DNA of 64,000 nt, from assembly GCA_041665145.1 (NCBI GenBank), contig JBAYJK010000001.1, positions 357,629 through 421,628 on the forward strand, given 5' to 3'. Under the pieces are notes generated by a model that did not search any database, was not told the origin of the DNA, and saw nothing but the letters and a program-made list of their open reading frames with translations. Made by a program: the position numbers and the translations under genes. Shown in pieces: positions 10,177 through 18,555 of the stretch. This stretch comes from Patescibacteria group bacterium. GTDB lineage: Bacteria; Patescibacteriota; Microgenomatia; UBA1406. Positions within the stretch are counted from its first letter, which is position 1; each line of letters starts with the position of its first letter.

Positions 10177-10485
10177 ATGAAACTGAGAGTAAAAGACAAA
10201 GTTATTGTTATCCGCGGTAAAGATGCGGGTAAAGAGAGCACGGTTGAGAAAACCTACCCGACGACTAACAAAGTCGTGGTAAAAGGACTGAATATTTATA
10301 AAAAGCATGTTAAGAAGTCTGAAGCCTTCCCACAAGGTGGAGTGGTAGAGATCAGTCGTTCGTTGCCAGCAGGAAACGTCATGCTCGTCTGTCCCAAATG
10401 CAAAGAGAAAACAAGAATCGGTTATAAAGTTACCGAGACCGGTAAAAAACGGATGTGCAGGAAATGCAAAGAAATTATTAGCTAA
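10177..10485 (+). CDS. rplX: 50S ribosomal protein L24 (uL24) with C-terminal CxxC...CxxC
   Basis: KOW motif VKDKVIVIRGKDAGKE; C-terminus VCPKCKEKTRIGYKVTETGKKRMCRKCKEII. ATG 10177, 1 nt after the rplN stop, preferred over the listed 10063. Confidence 0.93.
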   Translation: MKLRVKDKVIVIRGKDAGKESTVEKTYPTTNKVVVKGLNIYKKHVKKSEAFPQGGVVEISRSLPAGNVMLVCPKCKEKTRIGYKVTETGKKRMCRKCKEIIS

Positions 10486-10496
10486 AAAGTACTATC

Positions 10497-11051
10497 ATGT
10501 CAGACATAAAAAAAGAATTTAAAGAAACAATTATGCCCGTCATCATGAAAGAGGGTAACTATGCCAATGTGCACAGCGTTCCCCATTTGGTGAAAATAAT
10601 CGTCAATATGGGCTTAAATGATGCCGTTACCAATAAGGGCATTATAGAAAAGGTTTCCGAACAGATTGAAATTATCGCAGGACAAAAAGCATTAGTGACG
10701 AAAGCGCGAAAATCTATTTCAGCATTTAAAATCCGCGCCGGAATGCCGCTCGGACTGAAAGTCACCCTTCGAGGTAAGCGTATGTTTGATTTCTGGGAAA
10801 AACTTGTTAAAATAGTACTTCCTCGACAGCGAGATTTTAAGGGTGTTTTAGCGAATGGTTTTGATCGTCAAGGTAATCTAAATCTCGGGTTCAAAGAACA
10901 GACGTTGTTCCCTGACTTGGAATATGACCGTGTCGACAAAGTTCGGGGGCTTGAGCTTACGTTTGTAACGAGCGCTCGAACGGATAAAGAAGCTCAGGTA
11001 TTATTGGAAAAAATGGGAATGCCGTTTAAAAAAGTTATAAGTCAAAAGTAG
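10497..11051 (+). CDS. rplE: 50S ribosomal protein L5 (uL5)
   Basis: 184 aa; NVHSVPHLVKIIVNMGL and LVTKARKSISAFKIRAGMPLG motifs. Confidence 0.97.
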   Translation: MSDIKKEFKETIMPVIMKEGNYANVHSVPHLVKIIVNMGLNDAVTNKGIIEKVSEQIEIIAGQKALVTKARKSISAFKIRAGMPLGLKVTLRGKRMFDFWEKLVKIVLPRQRDFKGVLANGFDRQGNLNLGFKEQTLFPDLEYDRVDKVRGLELTFVTSARTDKEAQVLLEKMGMPFKKVISQK

Positions 11052-11054
11052 TTC

Positions 11055-11082
11055 GTAGGGAACAGGCATGCCTGTTCCGTAC
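11055..11082 (+). other. Near-perfect palindrome/stem-loop between rplE and rpsN
   Basis: gtagggaacaggcatgcctgttccgtac. Core GGAACAGGCATGCCTGTTCC (11059-11078) is a perfect 20-nt palindrome. No following T tract. Confidence 0.4.
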
Positions 11083-11098
11083 TAAATAAATAAAAAAC

Positions 11099-11284
11099 AT
11101 GGCGAAAAAAAGTAGTGTTGTAAAGTTCTTACACAAGCAGAAGTATCCTGTACGGATGGTGAACAGGTGTATGATTTGCGGTCGGAGTCGTGCATATATC
11201 AGGCGTTTTGGTTTATGTAGATTATGTTTCAGAAAAGCAGCGTTAGCCGGAGAAATTCCAGGCGTATTAAAATCATCGTGGTAA
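11099..11284 (+). CDS. rpsN: 30S ribosomal protein S14, short zinc-ribbon (type Z) form
   Basis: 61 aa, [22 protein letters not shown]. Confidence 0.95.
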   Translation: MAKKSSVVKFLHKQKYPVRMVNRCMICGRSRAYIRRFGLCRLCFRKAALAGEIPGVLKSSW

Positions 11285-11285
11285 T

Positions 11286-11675
11286 ATGACAGTCTCAGAT
11301 AACTTGGGCGATATGCTCACACAGGTAAAAAATGCGTACATGGCCAACAAACGGGTCATAGTACTTGAATTTTCGAAAGAAAAGGAAAGCGCGTTGAAAG
11401 TGTTGGAAAAACGACACGTTGTTGAAAAAGTAGAAATTATTGAGGCTGATGGTGAGTTTAAAAAAATGTCCGTAACCATCCCGCCTCGAACAGATCTTTT
11501 GATAATCAAGAGAATGAGTAAGCCGGGACGAAGAATGTATGTCAAGTCGAAGGATATCTACAATGTTAAGGGAGGCAAAGGTTTCCTTATTATCAGCACA
11601 TCACAGGGTATTATGGACAGTACTGATGCCCGAAAAAGTAAGTTAGGCGGCGAACTCGTCGCGGAAGTTTTCTAA
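11286..11675 (+). CDS. rpsH: 30S ribosomal protein S8 (uS8)
   Basis: DNLGDMLTQVKNA N-terminus, GGELVAEVF C-terminus. Confidence 0.97.
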   Translation: MTVSDNLGDMLTQVKNAYMANKRVIVLEFSKEKESALKVLEKRHVVEKVEIIEADGEFKKMSVTIPPRTDLLIIKRMSKPGRRMYVKSKDIYNVKGGKGFLIISTSQGIMDSTDARKSKLGGELVAEVF

Positions 11676-11680
11676 AAAAT

Positions 11681-12229
11681 ATGTCAAAAATAGGTATTAA
11701 ACCGATCATCATTCCAGCAGGAGTGAATGTGCAAATTGCGGGAAACCAGATGGTAACGGTAAAAGGCGCAAAAGGGGAAATCAGCACTGAGATCCCACGA
11801 CATATTACTGTTGCTAAAAACGAAAATATTATTTCGATAACTAGAAAAGGTGACGATAAAAAAATACGGGCGATTCATGGTTTGATCAGATCGCTTGTTG
11901 CTAATGCGGTATTGGGAGTAGAGACCCCCTGGGAAAAAGCACTCGAAATTCAGGGTGTCGGTTATCGCGCAGCTATTGAAGGAGGGAAGCTTGTTTGCCG
12001 TGTCGGATATTCACATCCGGTGACATTTGAATTTCCATCAGATGTTACTGTTGAGGTGAAGGGTAATCATATCATTGTTAAGGGTATTAACAAACAGAGA
12101 GTCGGCGAAATTGCCGCAAAAATTAAAGACATCAAGAAACCGGATAAGTACAAAGGTAAGGGAATCAGGTATTTGGGAGAAGTTATAAAGTTAAAGCCGG
12201 GAAAGAAGGCAAAGACAGGAGCAGCATAA
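11681..12229 (+). CDS. rplF: 50S ribosomal protein L6 (uL6)
   Basis: SKIGIKPIIIP start, two-domain length, KPDKYKGKGIRY motif. Confidence 0.97.
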   Translation: MSKIGIKPIIIPAGVNVQIAGNQMVTVKGAKGEISTEIPRHITVAKNENIISITRKGDDKKIRAIHGLIRSLVANAVLGVETPWEKALEIQGVGYRAAIEGGKLVCRVGYSHPVTFEFPSDVTVEVKGNHIIVKGINKQRVGEIAAKIKDIKKPDKYKGKGIRYLGEVIKLKPGKKAKTGAA

Positions 12230-12230
12230 C

Positions 12231-12593
12231 ATGAACATCAGCGGACAACAAAAGCATACGAACAATCAGAGAACACGCAGGGAAAAGCGGGTCCGATACG
12301 AGCTTTTGGAAAAGAAAACAGCTCCCAGATTATCTGTGTTCAGATCGGGAAAGTTTATCTATGCACAGGTTATTGACGACGTGAAGCGAGTAACTGTTGC
12401 TGCGTGCTCGGACAGAGTACTCAAAGAACCGAAAAGTCCGATAGAACGGGCAAAGATTGTCGGTAAAAAAATTGCTGAACTTGCAAAAGCAAAAAAAGTT
12501 GAAAAAGTAGTTTTTGACAGATCATGGTATAAGTTTCACGGGCGCATTAAAGCACTTGCTGATGCTGCACGTGAGGGAGGTTTGATATTTTAA
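12231..12593 (+). CDS. rplR: 50S ribosomal protein L18 (uL18)
   Basis: PRLSVFRSGKFIYAQVIDD and FDRSWYKFHGRIKALADAAREGGL motifs. Confidence 0.95.
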   Translation: MNISGQQKHTNNQRTRREKRVRYELLEKKTAPRLSVFRSGKFIYAQVIDDVKRVTVAACSDRVLKEPKSPIERAKIVGKKIAELAKAKKVEKVVFDRSWYKFHGRIKALADAAREGGLIF

Positions 12594-12595
12594 AT

Positions 12596-13099
12596 ATGGA
12601 AGGACAACAACAACAAAACAGAGGTAGACAGAATAACAATAGACAACCACGGGAACGCGAAACTGTTGACGGACTTATCGAAAAAGTGCTCGAAATCCGT
12701 CGTGTATCACGAAAAACCGTCGGAGGAAATCATGCTACCTTCTCAGTTCTCATGGCAGTCGGCGACGGAAAAGGCATGGTAGGATTAGGTCTTGCCAATG
12801 CCGGTGAAGTTCCTCAAGCGATTGCAAAAGCAGCCAAGCAGGCACGTAAACATATCTTGAGAATCAAATTGGAAGGCACATCAATTCCGTATGACATTCT
12901 GATCAAAGAGAATGCAGCAAAAATCCTGTTGAAACCGGCACCGAAAGGTACTGGTTTGAAGGTTGGTGGAGTTATCCGTCCTATTATGGAACTTGCCGGT
13001 GTTAAAGATGTTTCAGGAAAGATTTTTGGTTCGCATAATAAAATTAATTTGGCAAACGCAATTTATCAGGCGCTTACTCAGTTCAAAAATCATAAATAA
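12596..13099 (+). CDS. rpsE: 30S ribosomal protein S5 (uS5) with Gln/Asn/Arg-rich N-terminal extension
   Basis: IRRVSRKTVGGNHATFSVLMAVGDGKGMVGLG motif. The stop abuts the rplO start. Confidence 0.97.
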   Translation: MEGQQQQNRGRQNNNRQPRERETVDGLIEKVLEIRRVSRKTVGGNHATFSVLMAVGDGKGMVGLGLANAGEVPQAIAKAAKQARKHILRIKLEGTSIPYDILIKENAAKILLKPAPKGTGLKVGGVIRPIMELAGVKDVSGKIFGSHNKINLANAIYQALTQFKNHK

Positions 13100-13551
13100 T
13101 GACACTTTTACATCAATTACCTTCACTCGTCACCCGTCGAAAAAAACGTCTCGGTCAAGGATGGGCATCGGGCGCGGGTAAAACAAGCGGACGCGGAACC
13201 AAAGGGCAACACGCACGTGAAAAAGTGAAGTCGTTGTTTGAGGGAGGGCAGAATATACTCAGCAAACATCTACCTATGCTTCGCGGGAAACTTAAAAACG
13301 ATCCGATTGTTGCACATCTCTTACCTATTAGTTTGCGCACTCTTGAAGAAAATGCTAAAGTGAAGAGTGGTGCGACGATCGATAAAGATTTTCTTGTTTC
13401 AATCGGCTTAGTAAACCATACAAAAGCCAATCGCCATGGAGTAGTTGTTCTCGGTGGTGGTACTATCACAAAGAAACTCATCGTCAAAGTGAAAGCATCA
13501 CAGAGCGCGATACAAAAAATTAAACAGGCCGGCGGTGAATACCAATATTAA
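13099..13551 (+). CDS. rplO: 50S ribosomal protein L15 (uL15)
   Basis: KRLGQGWASGAGKTSGRGTKGQ motif. Follows rpsE directly with no rpmD (L30) in between. Confidence 0.95.
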   Translation: MTLLHQLPSLVTRRKKRLGQGWASGAGKTSGRGTKGQHAREKVKSLFEGGQNILSKHLPMLRGKLKNDPIVAHLLPISLRTLEENAKVKSGATIDKDFLVSIGLVNHTKANRHGVVVLGGGTITKKLIVKVKASQSAIQKIKQAGGEYQY

Positions 13552-14830
13552 AACTACTCTCAAGGAAATTTGGCGTAATACTACCCTCAGAAAGAAGATT
13601 CTCTTTACGGTTTTCATTTTGTTCGTTTTCCGGATGTTTGCGTTTCTTACCATTCCATCCGTCGATACGCTTAGACTGAAAGAATTGTTTTCAACAAACC
13701 AATTCCTCACACTTTTGGATATTTTCAGCGGTGGTACACTGGTTAATTTTTCCATTTTGGCAGTGGGACTGAATCCGTATATCAATGCATCCATTGCATT
13801 ACAGCTCATATCGATGATTTATCCTCCGCTCGAGGCGTTGTCGAAAGAAGGCGAATACGGACGATTTAAGATGAATCAATACACCCGCCTCATAACGTTG
13901 CCGATCGCTTTCGTGCAGTCTCTGGGAATGTATTTTTTTCTTCACGGTCAAGGTATTATCCCTGCATTGAATTTCGTACAACTGTTGGCCCTTGCACTAT
14001 CCCTCACCGCAGGAACGTTCATTCTGGTCTGGTTTGGTGAACTGATCTCAGAATTTGGTTTAGGAAACGGAATCTCATTTATTATCTTGGCAGGAATCGT
14101 CGGACGTATTCCCGTAGTATTGCTTCAATCGGCAGGCACGGTTACCGGAGAAAACATTTTTACCATGCTCTTTGTGCTGCTGATTGCTGCGGCTGTCATG
14201 TATACGGTTGTTGTACTTAATGAAGCCCAACGGAAAATTCCGGTATATTACGCAAAGCGTGTTCGGGGAGGAAAACTTTACGGCGGAGCAACCAATTATC
14301 TGCCGATCAAGTTATCACAAGCGGGAGTGATTCCCATCATATTCGCAGTTTCATTTGTGCTTTTTCCCCAGCTTATCGGAAACTTTCTTTCTTCATCCAA
14401 ACAAGTCGCCTTGCAGAAAGTCGGCGAGGTGCTCGTTTTGCTTTTCAATACGAACGGAGTGTTGTATAACATTATTTACTTCCTGCTTGTCGTTATATTT
14501 ACTTTTTTCTATTCTTCCGTCGTGTTTAATCCACAGAAAATTACCGAAGAAATTCAGAAGCACGGAGGTTTTATTCCCGGTATCCGTCCGGGCAAAAACA
14601 CACAGGAGTTTTTGCAGTCAACGTTGTATCGTCTAACCTTTGTCGGCGCGGTTTTTCTCGGTGTTATTGCAATCATGCCGAATATAATTTCAGGTCTGAC
14701 TGGCGTGCAACTGGTGTTTGTCGGAGGTACGAGCATTCTCATTGTAGTCTCCGTAATTCTGGAAACTTATAAAGTTGTTCAGGCACAACTGATGACTGAA
14801 CGTTACGAGAATCTCGACTCGCTCATATGA
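13535..14830 (+). CDS. secY: Preprotein translocase subunit SecY
   Basis: 431 aa, about 10 TM helices, canonical position after rplO. GTG start overlaps the rplO end by 17 nt. Confidence 0.96.
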   Translation: MNTNIKTTLKEIWRNTTLRKKILFTVFILFVFRMFAFLTIPSVDTLRLKELFSTNQFLTLLDIFSGGTLVNFSILAVGLNPYINASIALQLISMIYPPLEALSKEGEYGRFKMNQYTRLITLPIAFVQSLGMYFFLHGQGIIPALNFVQLLALALSLTAGTFILVWFGELISEFGLGNGISFIILAGIVGRIPVVLLQSAGTVTGENIFTMLFVLLIAAAVMYTVVVLNEAQRKIPVYYAKRVRGGKLYGGATNYLPIKLSQAGVIPIIFAVSFVLFPQLIGNFLSSSKQVALQKVGEVLVLLFNTNGVLYNIIYFLLVVIFTFFYSSVVFNPQKITEEIQKHGGFIPGIRPGKNTQEFLQSTLYRLTFVGAVFLGVIAIMPNIISGLTGVQLVFVGGTSILIVVSVILETYKVVQAQLMTERYENLDSLI

Positions 14831-15954
14831 AAATAGTACTTATCGGAATCCAAGGCTCCGGAAAATCAACCCAAGGAAATATGCTTTCGCATCAGTTGGA
14901 TATTCCGTATTTGTCGACAGGGCATATTTTCCGCGAGATTGCGAAAGAGCACACCGCGCTCGGACGATATGTCAAAGAGACCATTAATGCAGGAATTCTT
15001 ATCCCGGATGAAAAAGTTATTGCAATTGTTAACGAATACCTGCAACACGACGAATATCAAAACGGTTATATTCTGGATGGTTTTCCGCGCACAACCGTGC
15101 AGGCAAAAGAGTTCAGTAACAACGTCGACAGCGTCGTGTATCTTAAAGTACCCGACCAGGAAGCGTTGTGGCGTATCGCTCACCGTAACGATACTGCTCG
15201 CGAAGACGAAACGCTTATTGCCATAAAAAAAAGAATCGAAACGTTTCATAAAAGTACGACACCGGTGATCGAATACTACCGCAAACGCGGAAAGCTTCTC
15301 GAAGTAGATGGCACGAAGTCGATCAAGGAAGTGAATGAATACGTGCTGAAACAACTCGGCAAAACCGTCGGTAAACACGGAGTCACCAATTGGAGAAAAC
15401 GCAATAAGCTGGTTATGGGCATAGTAGGATTGCCTGGGGCAGGTAAGAGTTACGCCGCCACTTTTTTTAAGGAGAAGGGTCTTCCTGTTTTACGATTGGG
15501 AGCAATTACCGACGAAGAAATAAAGAAACGCGGTTTGGAGAATAATATTCATAATAATAGGGTTGTGCGGGAAGAGTTCAGAAAGCATCATGGAATGGAT
15601 GCGTACGTAAAGCTTAATATGCAGAATATCCGACAGTTATTGGAAGAAAATCAGGTGGTCATTCTCGATGGGTTGCGATCATTTGAAGAGTATCTTTCCG
15701 CCAAAAAACTGTTTAAAAACATTTTTGTTCTCGCGGTTGTCGCTGATAAAAAAATCCGATACGCACGGGTTGCTCGCAGAAAAGACAGATCCAACCTGAA
15801 AGGTGAAGAACGTGATGTACACGAAGTATTGGGGCTGAATATGGGACCAACCATCGCTTTTGCGGATAAGACCATCATCAATAACGGATCAGCCACGGAT
15901 TTTGAAGACAAACTGGAAGAAGTTTACCGTCAAGTTTACTACGGACTATCTTAG
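14827..15954 (+). CDS. adk: Adenylate kinase fused to a second P-loop nucleotide-kinase-like domain
   Basis: Residues 1 to ~190 are Adk (GIQGSGKSTQ, DGFPRT, short LID with no Cys). Residues ~197-375 carry a second Walker A (GLPGAGKS) and resemble archaeal UPF0200/dephospho-CoA-kinase-related kinases as I recall them. Single uninterrupted 375-aa ORF. Confidence 0.88.
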   Translation: MKIVLIGIQGSGKSTQGNMLSHQLDIPYLSTGHIFREIAKEHTALGRYVKETINAGILIPDEKVIAIVNEYLQHDEYQNGYILDGFPRTTVQAKEFSNNVDSVVYLKVPDQEALWRIAHRNDTAREDETLIAIKKRIETFHKSTTPVIEYYRKRGKLLEVDGTKSIKEVNEYVLKQLGKTVGKHGVTNWRKRNKLVMGIVGLPGAGKSYAATFFKEKGLPVLRLGAITDEEIKKRGLENNIHNNRVVREEFRKHHGMDAYVKLNMQNIRQLLEENQVVILDGLRSFEEYLSAKKLFKNIFVLAVVADKKIRYARVARRKDRSNLKGEERDVHEVLGLNMGPTIAFADKTIINNGSATDFEDKLEEVYRQVYYGLS

Positions 15955-15956
15955 AG

Positions 15957-16715
15957 ATGGGACACTACGAAGATATCTCCCTCAAACGGGACGCCATGAT
16001 TCGCGGTGGGAAAATCTTGAAACAGACGGTAGATAGTTTACAAAGCTCTTTGAAAGCAGGAATCACAACACGGGAAATCGACAAAATTGCCACAAGCCTT
16101 ATTAAGAAGTACGGGGGAGATCTCAGTTTTAATAAGGTGGAAGGATATCACTGGGCAACGTGCTTGTCCGTGAACGAAACAGTTGTTCACGGTATTCCCA
16201 ACGAATACGTCGTGAAAGACGGAGACATTCTCAAATTGGATATTGGTGTTTACTTCGGCGGCTACCATGTCGACTGGGGAACCACCTATGTCATCGGAGG
16301 GGTGGCAGACGAAAAAGTACGTCGGTTTCTTGAAATCGGACAAAGAACGCTCGATAAAGCAGTTGCCGCGGTGCGAGGAGGGGAATATATCAGCACAGTA
16401 ACGAACATTATTGACACGGGCATACATGGGGCAGGGTACAAAGTGATTCGTGAACTCACCGGTCATGCGGTTGGGCGCGAGTTACATGAGCCGCCCTACA
16501 TTCCGGGAAATAATGATGAACTTACGTCGAGCGCGGCTAAATTCAAAGTAGGAACGGCGTATGCGGTCGAAGTGATCTATTCTTTTTCTGACGATCACAT
16601 AACGTATGCCGGTGATGACGGATGGGGTTTGAAGACTGAAAACGGGAGCCTCAGCGCGTGCTTTGAACATAGTGTCTTCGTTGATACAGAAAGTAGTATT
16701 ATATTAGTGAAATAG
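15957..16715 (+). CDS. map: Methionine aminopeptidase, type I
   Basis: 252 aa, pita-bread fold pattern ([32 protein letters not shown]); canonical position after adk. Confidence 0.95.
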   Translation: MGHYEDISLKRDAMIRGGKILKQTVDSLQSSLKAGITTREIDKIATSLIKKYGGDLSFNKVEGYHWATCLSVNETVVHGIPNEYVVKDGDILKLDIGVYFGGYHVDWGTTYVIGGVADEKVRRFLEIGQRTLDKAVAAVRGGEYISTVTNIIDTGIHGAGYKVIRELTGHAVGRELHEPPYIPGNNDELTSSAAKFKVGTAYAVEVIYSFSDDHITYAGDDGWGLKTENGSLSACFEHSVFVDTESSIILVK

Positions 16716-16738
16716 CACTTTTATTTTCGGCAAAAAGA

Positions 16739-16747
16739 TGTTATAAT
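16739..16747 (+). promoter_or_regulatory. Extended -10 element upstream of infA
   Basis: TGtTATAAT (16739-16747), 12 nt before the infA ATG. No good -35. Confidence 0.4.
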
Positions 16748-16759
16748 ACTCCTTCTTGT

Positions 16760-16975
16760 ATGAAAGATGGCAATTTAATTTTGATAGGTGAGGTTATTGA
16801 GAGCCTTCCGAATACGACTTTCAGGGTGAAAGTTGAAGGTGCCGAGGGAGAAGTGTTGTGCTATTTGAGTGGGAAGATGAGGAAGAATTTTATACGGATT
16901 TTGCCAGGTGATAAAGTTAAAATAGAAGTGACTCCGTACGATAAGCATCGGGGTCGAATTATATACAGAAACTAA
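16760..16975 (+). CDS. infA: Translation initiation factor IF-1
   Basis: 71 aa S1-like fold: [16 protein letters not shown]...[16 protein letters not shown]. Confidence 0.95.
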   Translation: MKDGNLILIGEVIESLPNTTFRVKVEGAEGEVLCYLSGKMRKNFIRILPGDKVKIEVTPYDKHRGRIIYRN

Positions 16976-16976
16976 T

Positions 16977-17090
16977 ATGAAAGTCAGAGCATCAGTACAA
17001 CCAATGTGCGCAAAATGTAAAACAGTTAAACGCCGTGGACGATTACAAGTTATTTGTGAGAATCCAAAACACAAACAACGACAAGGATAA
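16977..17090 (+). CDS. rpmJ: 50S ribosomal protein L36 (bL36), zinc form
   Basis: Not in the ORF track (<60 aa). Hand translation gives [40 protein letters not shown] lies 1 nt after the infA stop. Confidence 0.9.
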   Translation: MKVRASVQPMCAKCKTVKRRGRLQVICENPKHKQRQG

Positions 17091-17092
17091 TC

Positions 17093-17512
17093 ATGCCCGT
17101 ACGTATTACCGGTGTAAATCTTCAGGACAACGAGCGAATTGAATACTCATTAACGAGTATTTACGGGATCGGGTTTGCAGAAGCACGTAAAATATTGGCG
17201 GCAGTAGGTGTTGACCTTAATAAAAAAGTTAAAGATCTTTTGGATACGGATGTCAAGAAAATAACGGATTGGATCGAAAAGAACTATAAAGTAGAAGGTG
17301 ATCTCAAGGCACACGTTCAGGATAATATTAAAAGGTTAAAAGAAATCGGATCATATCGCGGTCTTCGACATGTTCGGGGTTTACCTGCTCGCGGTCAGCG
17401 CACTCGTTCGAATGCGCGCACCAGAAAAGGTAAGAAACGAACAATCGGAGCTCTGACAAAGGAAGCATGGGCAAAGATTGACCAAGTTCAAAATACGGCA
17501 CCAGTTAAATAA
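17093..17512 (+). CDS. rpsM: 30S ribosomal protein S13 (uS13)
   Basis: RITGVNL...IEYSLTSIYGIG...GSYRGLRHVRGLPARGQRTRSNART. Confidence 0.97.
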   Translation: MPVRITGVNLQDNERIEYSLTSIYGIGFAEARKILAAVGVDLNKKVKDLLDTDVKKITDWIEKNYKVEGDLKAHVQDNIKRLKEIGSYRGLRHVRGLPARGQRTRSNARTRKGKKRTIGALTKEAWAKIDQVQNTAPVK

Positions 17513-17521
17513 TAATCGAAA

Positions 17522-17920
17522 ATGGCTGACAAAAAACAACCTGAAAAAACAGAAAAAAAGAGGGTTCGTTACAGTACACGCGGACGAATTTATGTTGTCG
17601 CGACATTTAATAATACGCTGATAACCGTTACTGACGATCACGGACAAACCCTTTGTTGGGGATCATGCGGTAAATCAGGATTCTCAGGCACTCGTAAATC
17701 AACTCCTTTTGCTGCAACAAGCGCTATAGAAACAGTTTTGAAGAAAGCACAAGAAGTTCATGGTCTTATGGAGGCCGGAGTTTACTTAAAAGGCGCAGGC
17801 CCCGGAAGAGATTCATTACTTCGTGTTCTTCGAAATAGCCCGATTGATGTTACTAAGTTGGTCGACATGACTCCGATTCCACACGATGGAATTAGACCAA
17901 AGAAACGGAGGAGAGTCTAA
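17522..17920 (+). CDS. rpsK: 30S ribosomal protein S11 (uS11)
   Basis: FNNTLITVTD...GFSGTRKSTPFAA...DMTPIPHDGIRPKKRRRV. Confidence 0.97.
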   Translation: MADKKQPEKTEKKRVRYSTRGRIYVVATFNNTLITVTDDHGQTLCWGSCGKSGFSGTRKSTPFAATSAIETVLKKAQEVHGLMEAGVYLKGAGPGRDSLLRVLRNSPIDVTKLVDMTPIPHDGIRPKKRRRV

Positions 17921-18549
17921 TGGTACGAATTACATCTTCTAAAAACAAACTTGCCCGCCGAGAGGGAGTGGATTTATCGTTAAAAACACTCGGATCAAAA
18001 GCTAGTGCTCATTTGCAAAAACGTTTGCAGGTAATTCCGGGACAGAAACAGACAAAAAAGCGTCAGAGTAAGTTATCTGACTATGGTCGTCAACTTCGTG
18101 AGAAACAGAAACTTAAGAGAATCTATAATTTGTCGGAGCGTTCCATGGTTCACTACTATGATAAAGCCATGAAGATGAAGGGTGATACGACTCAGTTTAT
18201 CGTACAACTTTTGGAATCCCGTCTCGATAACGTCGTATACCGACTTCACTTTGCACCGACGAGAAATGCTGCTCGACAGCTTGTATCGCACGGTCATATA
18301 GCGGTTAACGGTAAGCGACTGAACATCCCGTCGTACTCTTTGGCACCGAAAGACGTGATAACATTCAGCAAAAAAGTCACTCCGGAAATTCCCTATATCA
18401 AAGAACTTTTGGACGAGAAAAATGTGGTTGTACCGGTATGGTTGAAACGGTCTCCTGCGCAGGGTGAGGTTATCGGTATCATCGCGCTTGCAGATTACGC
18501 TGAACCGGTGAGTGTCCCGTTGGTTATAGAATTCTATTCTAAATTATAA
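17920..18549 (+). CDS. rpsD: 30S ribosomal protein S4 (uS4)
   Basis: RLDNVVYRLHFAPTRNAARQLVSHGHIAVNGKRLNIPSY (S4 RNA-binding domain). Confidence 0.97.
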   Translation: MVRITSSKNKLARREGVDLSLKTLGSKASAHLQKRLQVIPGQKQTKKRQSKLSDYGRQLREKQKLKRIYNLSERSMVHYYDKAMKMKGDTTQFIVQLLESRLDNVVYRLHFAPTRNAARQLVSHGHIAVNGKRLNIPSYSLAPKDVITFSKKVTPEIPYIKELLDEKNVVVPVWLKRSPAQGEVIGIIALADYAEPVSVPLVIEFYSKL

Positions 18550-18555
18550 ATTTAA

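Noticed and set aside
14866-15378. 170-aa antisense ORF inside adk. Similar antisense ORFs occur at 1372-1818, 2339-2821, 7077-7535, 16038-16466, 27004-27432 and 50691-51146.
   Set aside because: All are fully contained within conserved genes on the opposite strand, have no motifs, and lack promoter or start context. They are treated as shadow ORFs.
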